From Clostridia bacterium (GTDB lineage Bacteria; Bacillota; Clostridia; HGM11514), in assembly GCA_034186235.1 (NCBI GenBank), contig JAXGBA010000078.1, forward strand, positions 1 to 32,000: DNA of 32,000 nt. Reading direction: 5' to 3'. This document shows, in pieces, positions 18,410 to 27,600 of this stretch (positions within the stretch are counted from its first letter, which is position 1; every line of letters begins with the position of its first letter). A program made the translations under genes and the position numbers. The notes beneath the pieces were generated by a model that was not told the DNA's origin, ran no database searches, and saw nothing but the letters and a program-made list of their open reading frames with translations.

Positions 18410-18425
18410 AAAAGGTGATATAAAA

Positions 18426-18701
18426 ATGGGAAAAAATATCAGAAAACGCAATCTTAAACTCAATAGGGCGATTAAAATCACCGCTGCAATTATAGTATGG
18501 TTTGCTGTATTTTTGCTTATTAACCTCCTAACCAAAAGAAATCAGGCAAGCGGTTTGTCGGCAGACGTGACGGAAACCTATGTAATACTTGCTGTTTCGG
18601 CAATTATATCGCTGCTTGGGTTTGTTGCAACATTATATGCGGTGTTTTATTTTGAAAGGTTCTCTCTACAAAGGAGAAAGAAAAACAAAGATAAAAGATA
18701 A
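18426..18701 (+). CDS. small hypothetical membrane protein (2 predicted TM helices, basic termini)
   Basis: ORF 18390..18701 trimmed to ATG 18426 because codons 1-12 lie in the terminator hairpin and AAGGTGA precedes 18426. Predicted TM helices are ITAAIIVWFAVFLLINLL and YVILAVSAIISLLGFVATLYAVFYF. I recognise no family. Confidence 0.45.
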   Translation: MGKNIRKRNLKLNRAIKITAAIIVWFAVFLLINLLTKRNQASGLSADVTETYVILAVSAIISLLGFVATLYAVFYFERFSLQRRKKNKDKR

Positions 18702-18717
18702 TCGAAAGGATGCAGTT

Positions 18718-19764
18718 ATGGGCAACTTTAAAGCTTTTTTGAAACGCAAAGACATTGAATTTTCGCTTAAGCGCTACGGAATTGATGCTCTCGGAGCAAT
18801 GGCGCAGGGACTTTTCGCTTCACTTTTAATAGGAACAATTCTGTCTACGCTCGGTCAGCAGACAGGCTGGAAAATGCTTGTTGACATCGGCGACTTGGCA
18901 AAAACGGTACAGGGGCCGGCAATGGCTATAGCGATAGGATATGCGCTGAAATGTCCCCCGCTTGTTCTTTTCTCACTTGCAGCAGTCGGTGAAACTGCAA
19001 ACAAAATGGGCGGAGCCGGCGGCGCTTTCGCGGTTCTGATCATTACAATTGTTGCAGCAGAGCTTGGAAAGGCTGTCAGCAAGGAAACAAAGCTCGATAT
19101 TCTTGTAACGCCTGTTGTTACAATCTGCTCGGGCGCATTTCTTTCAATAACGATTGCCTCCTACATCGGAGCAGGTTCATCGCTTGTCGGTACATTTATA
19201 ATGTGGGCAACAGAGCTTCAGCCGTTCTGGATGGGTATAATTGTTTCGGTTGTTGTCGGGATTGCTCTTACTCTGCCGATTTCAAGCGCAGCCATATGCG
19301 CAGCGCTTTCACTTACAGGGCTTGCGGGCGGCGCCGCTTTGGCAGGCTGCTGCGCACAGATGATAGGCTTTGCCGTAATGAGCTTCAGGGAAAACAAATG
19401 GGGCGGACTTCTTGCGCAAGGCCTCGGCACAAGTATGCTGCAGATGGGCAACATTGTTAAGAATCCGAGAATATGGATTCCGCCGACGCTTGCTTCTGCA
19501 ATATGCGGTCCGATAGCAACCTGTATATTCCACCTTCGTATGGACGGCGCTCCGGTATCATCGGGCATGGGCACCTGCGGCCTTGTGGGGCAAATCGGCG
19601 TGTATACCGGCTGGATTGAAAAAGGCATAAACATCACTGCATTTAACTGGATAGGTTTAATTGCGGTTTCGTTTGTTCTTCCGGCTGTTCTTACATGGCT
19701 TTTCGGCCTTTTCTTCCGAAAAATCGGCTGGATTAAAGAAAACGACTTAAAACTGGATATATAA
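18718..19764 (+). CDS. PTS EIIC_2-family (PF13303-like) integral membrane permease, orphan
   Basis: ORF 18589..19764 trimmed to ATG 18718 (AAAGGA RBS 7 nt upstream). The N-terminus MGNFKAFLKRKDIEFSLKRYGIDALGAMAQGLFASLLIG and the SSGMGTCGLVGQ motif resemble this family from memory. The protein is polytopic. Confidence 0.6.
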   Translation: MGNFKAFLKRKDIEFSLKRYGIDALGAMAQGLFASLLIGTILSTLGQQTGWKMLVDIGDLAKTVQGPAMAIAIGYALKCPPLVLFSLAAVGETANKMGGAGGAFAVLIITIVAAELGKAVSKETKLDILVTPVVTICSGAFLSITIASYIGAGSSLVGTFIMWATELQPFWMGIIVSVVVGIALTLPISSAAICAALSLTGLAGGAALAGCCAQMIGFAVMSFRENKWGGLLAQGLGTSMLQMGNIVKNPRIWIPPTLASAICGPIATCIFHLRMDGAPVSSGMGTCGLVGQIGVYTGWIEKGINITAFNWIGLIAVSFVLPAVLTWLFGLFFRKIGWIKENDLKLDI

Positions 19765-19796
19765 AAATCTGCAGCCGGGCAGAGCATTATTAAAAT

Positions 19797-19855
19797 AAAG
19801 CATTTGCGTGTATCGTCAGGTTTCATGAGATACGGAGCAAATGCTTTTTGTTTTT
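19797..19855 (+). terminator. intrinsic terminator of the EIIC_2 gene
   Basis: The outer stem AAAGCATTTGC (19797..19807) pairs with GCAAATGCTTT (19837..19847). An inner GTATC/GATAC pairing follows, then TTGTTTTT. Confidence 0.6.
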
Positions 19856-19921
19856 AACTTGTATGTTTTGCGGCGTTCCTTGCAAATGATATTTACGGCT
19901 TTATAAAATGGCGAAGAATAG

Positions 19922-19947
19922 AAAAAAGGCAGGCGTTTACGCCTGCC
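19922..19947 (-). terminator. intrinsic terminator of the mreB paralogue
   Basis: GC-rich 8-bp stem GGCAGGCG / CGCCTGCC (19928..19935 and 19940..19947) with a 4-nt loop. On the minus strand it is followed by a T6 run (19927..19922). Confidence 0.65.
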
Positions 19948-19967
19948 CGGACTGCTTGAAAAACACA

Positions 19968-20948
19968 TCATACACTCTTTTCCGCTGCCAATCCTGCTCC
20001 GATTGCAACACAGGATGCTGCGTCCTTTGCAACATATGCGGAAATACCGGTCGATTTCTCTATAAGTTCCGAGATACCGTTTAACAGACTTCCCCCTCCG
20101 GTCATAAGAATACCGTGCGTATTAATATCCGAAATAAGCTCCGGAGGGGTGCTTTCAAGCACGCACTTAACCGAATCGACAATCCTTTCCACACATGGCA
20201 TCAAAGCCTGTCTTACATCATTTGAAGTTATAACAAAGTTTTCCGGCAAACCGCTTAGCAGCCCAAGCCCGGAAACCCTCATTTCGCCTTCCGCATTTTC
20301 ATCAACGCTGCCGATTTTGATTTTTATATCTTCGGCGGTTCTGCTTCCGATTGTGACATTGTAATTTTTGCGCACATAGCGCCTGATCGCTTCATCAAAG
20401 CTGTCACCGGCACAGAAAACCGTGCTGTTCACTACAATGCCACCAAGTGAAATAACCGCAATATCGCTGCTTCCGCCGCCTATATCAATAACCATTCTTC
20501 CGCATGGCTTGTTGATGTCAATTCCTGCACCGATTGCCGCCGCAACCGGCTCTTTTATCAGCTTTACACGCCTTGCCCCGGCAGCTGATGCAGCGTCTGA
20601 CACCGCTCTCTTTTCAACCTCGGACGCAAGGCACGGAACGCATATAACCACCGATGGCTTCATGATGTGCCCGCCCTCGGCCTTTCTTATATAATGTTTC
20701 AGCATACGCTCAGTCATTGAAAAATCGGAAATAACACCGCTTCTGAGAGGCCTTACGGCATTGATGTTCTCGGGTGTCCTCCCGAGCATACCTCGTGCCT
20801 CTCCGCCAAACGCAACGGTTTTTCCCAAAGCGTCAACCGCTATAACAGACGGCTCCCTGATTACAATTCCCTTTCCCGAAACATACACCAAAACAGAAGC
20901 GGTACCAAGGTCAATCCCGATATTTTTGGAAATAATATTAGCCAACAC
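19968..20948 (-). CDS. mreB: MreB/Mbl-family actin-like cell shape protein (stand-alone paralogue, no mreCD)
   Basis: The 328-aa ORF has NIGIDLGTASVLVY (phosphate 1), VIDIGGGSSDIAV (phosphate 2) and ILMTGGGSLLNG (adenosine) motifs. The track start, GTG 20954, abuts the GAGAGG RBS. GTG 20948 or TTG 20945 are better spaced, so the start is uncertain by a few codons. Confidence 0.9.
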   Translation of the reverse strand: MLANIISKNIGIDLGTASVLVYVSGKGIVIREPSVIAVDALGKTVAFGGEARGMLGRTPENINAVRPLRSGVISDFSMTERMLKHYIRKAEGGHIMKPSVVICVPCLASEVEKRAVSDAASAAGARRVKLIKEPVAAAIGAGIDINKPCGRMVIDIGGGSSDIAVISLGGIVVNSTVFCAGDSFDEAIRRYVRKNYNVTIGSRTAEDIKIKIGSVDENAEGEMRVSGLGLLSGLPENFVITSNDVRQALMPCVERIVDSVKCVLESTPPELISDINTHGILMTGGGSLLNGISELIEKSTGISAYVAKDAASCVAIGAGLAAEKSV

Positions 20949-20989
20949 GCTCACCTCTCGACTGACATTATTTCCCGAAAACGCCTGTT

Positions 20990-21199
20990 TTATTCTATTG
21001 AAAAATCCTCAGGCGTAAAATTTTTCTCCTTAGGCTTTCTCATGCGTTTGGGCTGTATTCTGAGATAATTAAGGTCAAATTTCGGACATGTGTGTTCCGG
21101 CGGAACAATCCCCTCAAATTCGCACAGAATATCATCGGTAACCCTGATAAGCGTCGCATGATTGCAAAGCGCACAAATGCTGCGATATTCATCACTCAC
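20990..21199 (-). CDS. small Cys-rich hypothetical protein (CxxC-N13-C-N11-C, basic C-terminal tail)
   Basis: ORF 20990..21241 trimmed. ATG 21241 has no RBS and lies inside the predicted -10 region. In-frame GTG 21199 is preceded by AAGGAG at 8-nt spacing. The 69-aa product is xSDEYRSICALCNHATLIRVTDDILCEFEGIVPPEHTCPKF...KRMRKPKEK. I recognise no family. Confidence 0.45.
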   Translation of the reverse strand: MSDEYRSICALCNHATLIRVTDDILCEFEGIVPPEHTCPKFDLNYLRIQPKRMRKPKEKNFTPEDFSIE

Positions 21200-21231
21200 C
21201 GCAATCACTCCTTCAAAATTGATATATGTAT

Positions 21232-21260
21232 ATTTTATCATATTTCGTGCACAAATTCAA
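21232..21260 (-). promoter_or_regulatory. sigma-A-type promoter for the small Cys-rich ORF - mreB unit
   Basis: On the minus strand: TTGAAT (21260..21255), a 17-nt spacer, then TGaTAAAAT with the extended -10 (hexamer 21237..21232). An imperfect inverted repeat TGCA(C)AAATT ... AATTTGCA (21248..21270) overlaps the -35 box. Confidence 0.5.
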
Positions 21261-21301
21261 GCAATTTGCATATATTGTTATCAGAAAGGCAGTGAAGCTT
21301 G

Positions 21302-21607
21302 ATGAACAGCATTTTTCAGATATTGCTTCTGCTGTTTGCGCTGTACGGAATTGCAAGCATTCTGTGGGAGCTGAATGATAGTTTTTTTAAACAGAAAAAC
21401 CGGAATACCGTTTCATATTTTGCTTTCATGCCGCTTGGGGATGTTGAAAGCATAGAACACGAAATCCGCAGCTGTATCGACTACGCCGAGCAAATGAACT
21501 GCGAACCGGTGATAATCGAAGGCGAAAGCTGGAACAGCGAAAAAAAGCGCATAGCGGAAATAATAGCAAACGAAAGCGATATTAAAATCGTACATAAGAA
21601 AACTTAA
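21302..21607 (+). CDS. hypothetical protein with an N-terminal membrane anchor
   Basis: 101-aa ORF from ATG 21302 (the track starts at TTG 21299). It has an N-terminal hydrophobic helix IFQILLLLFALYGIASILW and then a soluble domain of about 75 aa. The RBS is weak. I recognise no family. Confidence 0.4.
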   Translation: MNSIFQILLLLFALYGIASILWELNDSFFKQKNRNTVSYFAFMPLGDVESIEHEIRSCIDYAEQMNCEPVIIEGESWNSEKKRIAEIIANESDIKIVHKKT

Positions 21608-21628
21608 CGGTCTGAATTTTAATTGCAT

Positions 21629-21667
21629 AAAATCACCCGCCGGATTTGAAATCCGACGGGTGATTTT
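21629..21667. terminator. bidirectional intrinsic terminator between ORF 21302..21607 (+) and the giant SLH gene (-)
   Basis: 17-bp stem with one mismatch: AAAATCACCCGCCGGAT (21629..21645) pairs with ATCCGACGGGTGATTTT (21651..21667). The loop is 5 nt. A/T runs on both sides give a U-tract in either direction. Confidence 0.7.
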
Positions 21668-21675
21668 TTATCATT

Positions 21676-24600
21676 TTACCTTTCTAAAAGCCTTTGAAGT
21701 ATTGCCGCTGCCTCCGCACGGGTTGCGGTTGCTTTGGGGTCAAGAGTGGTCTCGGTTCTGCCGACCATTATTTTTGATGCCGCAGTCCACTTAAGCGCCG
21801 GAACTGCATATTCCGAAATATCGTCAAAGTCGGAATATACGGATATATCAAAGTTCTCGCCTGCGCTTACATCCATACCCTTAAAGCCTGCAAACCTGTG
21901 CATAATCGCCGCAATCTGCTCTCTTGTTATAAGATCGTCGGGGGCAAACTCGGTTTCGGAATAACCGCTTACTATGCCGTTTTCAGCTGCCCATGCAACT
22001 GCATCCTTATAGTATGCGCCATCCGCAATATCCTCAAATCCCGAAGGCTTGGAGGCGCTCGGCTCGCCCTCTGACCTGTAAAGAACCGTTACAAGCATAG
22101 CACGTGTAAGGTTTTTGTCCGGCCCGAACAGCGTATCGGTTATGCCCTTAAAGAGGTTGTTGTCGTAAACATACGCAACATTATCGAAGAACCAATCCGA
22201 TTCGACAACATCCGTAAACGGAAGCCTTGATTTTTCCGCAAACACCGCCTGCACCTCAATATCCTTGTCAATTGCTTTAATAGTGTACGGAGATGTTCTG
22301 CCGACCGACATACCGTTTATCAGCAAATCTGCAATAACATAGCCTTCATCGGGCGTTGCGGTAACGGTAACGGAGGTTCCGCCCAAGGCTCTTTCACTCG
22401 AAACGGTAACCTTACCGTGTTCGCTCTCCAGAACCGTAACTTTATAGTATCTTGCGCTTCCGCTGCCCGATGGCGAGCCGCCGCTCGGTCTGTCGCCCTT
22501 TTTGAAGAGCGCAATTGCTTCGGTCAGATCCGAAACGGAATCGGTGTAATCCTTATCGGTAGAGGATGAATTATTAAGCACCGTCTTTGCCTTTTCGATT
22601 GCTTTTGAAAGCGCATTCTTTCTGCCCTCGGAAGCGTTCGGCTCAGACGCCAGCACACCTTCCGCTTCTGCGATTTTCGCTTCAAGGTCGTCTTTTGTAT
22701 TGCCGCCGACCTCAATTACCACATTGTCCGAAACACCTGCAGAAATTATCTGACCGTCCTCGGTTTCGACATCCGTTGTTGAAACTTTTGCTTTAACCGC
22801 CGTTTCGCCCGGGATAAGCGCAGTCAGTTTACCGCCCTCGAATGATACGATATTTTTTGCGTACATGATATTCCAATCAACATCGTCTTCATCTGCGGTA
22901 TATGTTGAACCGTTCGCCGTCAAAAGTGCGGTAAGGTCAATGCTCTGACCGTTTCTTATGCTTATTTTCTTGATACCGTTTGAATCGGCATCAACAGATT
23001 TTCCGCCATTTTGTATTTCGATTCCCGAAATTGCAGCACTGCCACCCTTTATGACGGTTACGACAAGTTCGGTTTCGTTTCCTGCACGGTCAGCGGCTTT
23101 CAGCCTGTGAACAACGCTCATTTTGCCATCGGGAAGGGTTTTTGAGATTGTAAAGCTGCCGTTGTTTGAAATATTTATGCCGTCGGATGAACCGTCAATT
23201 GTGAGAACTGCCGAATTTTCGGTCATGCCTTCAATCACATATGCGCCGGAGTCATCCGCCGTTATTACATTTGCGCCTATCGCAACGGCTGCGGACGGGT
23301 CTTCGATGCTTGCGGCGGTATTTCTTGTAAGCGACAGAACCGGAAGCGATGTGTCAACCGTAAAGCCGAGCTGCGCATTTTCAACATCGGACGCATCAGA
23401 GCCTGTTATATGGTCTTTATTGTCGGCATATGCGGTGAAGTCGATTATATAATCTCCGTCCTCCAGATTGTCAAGCACAAACTTCCAGTCGGTTTTGAAT
23501 TTATTGTCACTGTACGCTTTAAGCCCGTTCACGGAAAGCTCAACAAATGCCGGTTCGCTGAAAGTATATTCAACCGTCACGCTGTCCTGACTGATAAATT
23601 CCTTAGTTGTATCAAAGTTGGTTTTAACCGACAAAAGCTTAGGTGTTTTCGGGCTCGGGAGCGTAAGAATATTTGAATCAACATATCCGTCACCGTAATA
23701 ATAAAGCGTTTTGCTTTCATCTTTCGGGTCAGCCGTCTCTCTAAGCGTTTTTATACGCACTAAGTAGTTTTTGCCGACCTCAAGGTTTGCCTCTTTTCCG
23801 AACACGAAGTTGCTGCCCATTGCAAACTGACCGTACGCATTATCAAGGATTTTGCCGTCCTCGGAAATAATTTCGGCAAGATAATGTGTGTAATCGGCAT
23901 TTTCAGGATCGGTTGCCGATACGAATATTCCGCCGTTTCCGCCGTAAGCAATATGAACTGACGAAACGCTCTTGGGAAGCTTCGGATTTTTGAATGTGAT
24001 CGGCGTTTTATCTATCGCAAGGCTTATTCCATCGGTTGCGGAAACGGTTGCAACCATATAATATGTGCCGGACGGGAACGAATCCGGAATTGTAATATTC
24101 TCCGTGCCCGACTTTATATCCACACCGTCTTTATGAAGAATATTTATACCGAGTGCGTTGCCGCTGTTCCTGGACGCTTTGATTTTATCAAGAACCTCCG
24201 GGTCCTCCGTAAGATAAACATCAACGCAGCCCTTTTCGTGAGCCTTGCCGGATACGCTAAGGTTTGCCGATATATCAAACGATTCATTCGAAGCGTGCGA
24301 TGCGGAAACGCCTGTAAGCTCCGCAATATCGTCAACCGCATTCATCGAGAAAGTTTTAATCTCAATATTTTCGGTTGTATATTTAACCTTCCATTCTCCG
24401 TTTGCAATTGCTTTTTTATCTGTAACGGTTACATATATGTAATTTCCGTCATCGCGGTTCTGAACAACCATGTTTCCGCCGCCGTTGCCGTCATCGGGAG
24501 TTGTTTCGATTTCAATTCCGTCTTTAGGACTTATAACGGTTATCTCGCCCGCCTTGGGAGTTCCCGCACCGGTGTACGGAATCTCAAGCAGGAGTGCGTC

Positions 24601-27600
24601 CTGCCCGTCTGCACCGTTGGTTTTTACAATAGCCTCTTTTACGTTTTCGGGTGCCGCAAGGCTCACAACGCTTAGCGCACGGATATTTGTCCCGTAAAGT
24701 GCCGTTCCTTCATCGGCGCTGCCTAAATCTTTGCCGCTGCGGCTCGGTGCGCTGAGGTCGATGTTCTTACCGAAGGAAACCTTTTCGCCCCAGTAATAAA
24801 TAACACCGAATTTAATTCCTATTATCTTGATGTTGGCGCCTATAAATTCATGGGACGCCGCTGCCTCAACCCCGGCAAGTTCCTTGCCGCCGACAAACGG
24901 TATACTGTCGGGTATGCACAGCGAAGCATAGATGTAACCGTAGAAATAGTCGTCCGCTATATTTACGGTTATACCGCCCTTTATCAGCCCGTCAATAATA
25001 TTTATGCTGCCGTAAAGGTTCAGTTCCCACGGTTCAATCCACCGTGCCTGTATGCCCGCCTGCAGATTGAGAATTCCTTTTGCATATTTGATATTCATAT
25101 CGCCCGTAAGCGACAGCCCCTCAAGGCTGATTCTGGCGTTGAAGTCGCCCGTAAGCACCCCGATTGCCTCCAGTCTTGTGAAAAGAAGAAGCGTTACCGG
25201 AGGAAGCTTATCAAAACTGCCGCCTATTGAATCCGCCAGATCGTTGATTCCGCCGCCGAGGCCTGTCATAAAAAGAACGGGGGGCGCAAGAGGAATCTTC
25301 AAACCGTCACGGATATAAAACTCAATTTTATCGGGGAGAATCTTATCCTTGCCTTTAAGCTTAACCTGTTTGAATGCAAGAACGCCCTCGCACTCGATTA
25401 CCTTAATGTTAAGACCTGCGTTTATCTCATACACATTCTCGATTGTGTTGATTGTAACCGACGCATATATTCCCGGTGCATTTGAAACTAGAGAACCGAG
25501 AAGGTCTTTCGGGAGGCCGAGAGAGAACTTTGCATCGATGCCTATATATCCCTTATCGTCTTCAACCTCAACCTTGCCGTCCTTAACTTCTCCGCGTTCT
25601 CCAAAGAGAATATTATTGATTTCCGCCGAGAGTTCGCCTTCGGAAAGTTTGGTATCCTTTGAAATCTTTGTTTTTTCATCGGATGTCGGCTGCGGAGTTT
25701 CATCAAACATCTGATTGAAGGTATCGGAATAATCATCGGGGTCGCTGTCATCAAAAAGATTGTTCATTTCCATCGAAATATCTTCCTGGTCGGCAGTCAG
25801 ATCCCTTTGCGGCGTTTCCTCGGTTTTGGGCGCCTTTATAGGAAGGCTTATCGAACCGCCGAAGCCTATGCCGTATGTAACAATGCCGTCGCCGTCCTCA
25901 TACCAGCTTGAACTCATTTCGCCGAACTTAAGGTCGATAAGGAAACCGCCTATCATCTGAATCATCGTTGCCGCCCCGTCGAGAGAAAGCGTAAGAGTTG
26001 CCGGCTCAAGCTTAAGCGCAGACGCATCCTGGAATCTTTCAGTATCAAGAGTTGTTGCAACGCCCTTATTAACGGTAAAATTCCACTTGCTGCGCCACAC
26101 ATTTATAGAGTTTACAACTTTTAAAAGCCCGTCGCCCTTAACTGTATAAGCGCCGTTTTTCTCGTAAATTTCAAGCGGTTTATCGCCCTCGTATGAGAGT
26201 ATATTGTTTATGATTATATCGCCGTCGCCAAATTCCGCCTGCCAGTATCTTTCGCCGCTTTCACGCTTCATTTCTCGGATACCGCCGCGGATATTGAGTA
26301 TAACCTCGGCATCTGCGATTGCGTTCTTGTCCTTGCCGAAATCAAACTTGAATTTTTCGCCGCGTATTTCGCCTGTTTTTTCAAGTTTGCCGCTGTAGAA
26401 CTGTTTATATTCGCCCTCGTTTGCAAAAGTGAAAAATTCATAATCGGTAGCGTTGTTTTTCGTCATTCTGACAAGCGCAATCGTTCCGTAGGATTTCAGC
26501 TTATACTTTTCATCCGCCGAAACGGTAAGCGTTGCCTTTGCGGTTATGGATTTTCCGAACTCCGCAACAAGGTCCTTATCGGAAAATGCAAACACAAGGC
26601 TGTACTCTCCGACTTCAAGTTCTTCCTTGGTGGTAAAACTCAAATTCTGATATTCCTCGTCCATGAACGCAATGTTCTTTTTCTCGATAAGCACGCTGTG
26701 ACCGCTCGTTTTGTGCTTGAGCCTTAAATCCCAGCCCTGATTGCCCGAAAGCGCCTTGAACGGCTTCATCGAACCTGAAACCGTAATAGCCTTTTCGCCG
26801 CCGGTCCATACAATCTCAGGATTTACTTTGGTTATATGTACCTCTGCAATTTTGCCGCTTACAGAGCGGAGAATAACGCTGTCCTCTCCTGCGGTTTCAA
26901 CCGTTTTCTGCGTTCCGTCGGCAAGATTTGCCGTTGCGGTGAGCGACGCATAAACCGTACCTGCTGTGAGGTCCGTCTGCGGTTTTGCACGAAGCCTGAA
27001 TTGCCTTGTTATAACTTCTTTGCCGATTTCATTTATAGTTACAATCGAACCGATACCGCCGACAATCTCGAAAAACTTTTCGTCAACAGTCAGATTAAGC
27101 TGTGCAGAGGTGAGCAAAACGGCAGCATCCCCCGAATTATCAATTTCAACAGTAACATCAAATTCGCCGCCGTTCTTGTAAGCGTTTCCGCTTTCGTCAA
27201 GCTCAACCCTACCGCAAACGATGTTGAGGCCTATATCGCTCTCATTATCGTTTGTGAAATTTCCGACGCCGTAAAGCGATTCCGCAGAAAAGTTTCCGCC
27301 GTTCGGAACAGCCTTTTTCTCCCAGTATACCGCAACTGCGCTGTCGGGAGTTTTATACGCATTGGAATAATTGGTAAAATCACAGTATTCGTCGGGATTG
27401 TAGTCAAATCTTGTATTCGCAAGATTCGCCCAGTGACCGACGATTACGGAGGAAGGTTCAATTCCGCCGCTCCAGCCCTTGGTTATAACATATGCCAGCT
27501 TTGAGGGATTGGAAAGAGAATCCACGCACCTAAGCTGCTGCGGAACCTCATCCCCGGAAAACTTTTTTTCTGTCATGGTCGGAACAATATCGGTATCTAC

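Noticed and set aside
19769-19955. Long-range imperfect inverted repeat GCAGCCGGGCAG ... CTGCCCGGACTGC flanking the convergent intergenic region, as possible element ends
   Set aside because: The arms are only about 12 nt with an indel. The right arm is part of the mreB terminator stem. There are no target-site duplications and nothing transposase-like lies between them.
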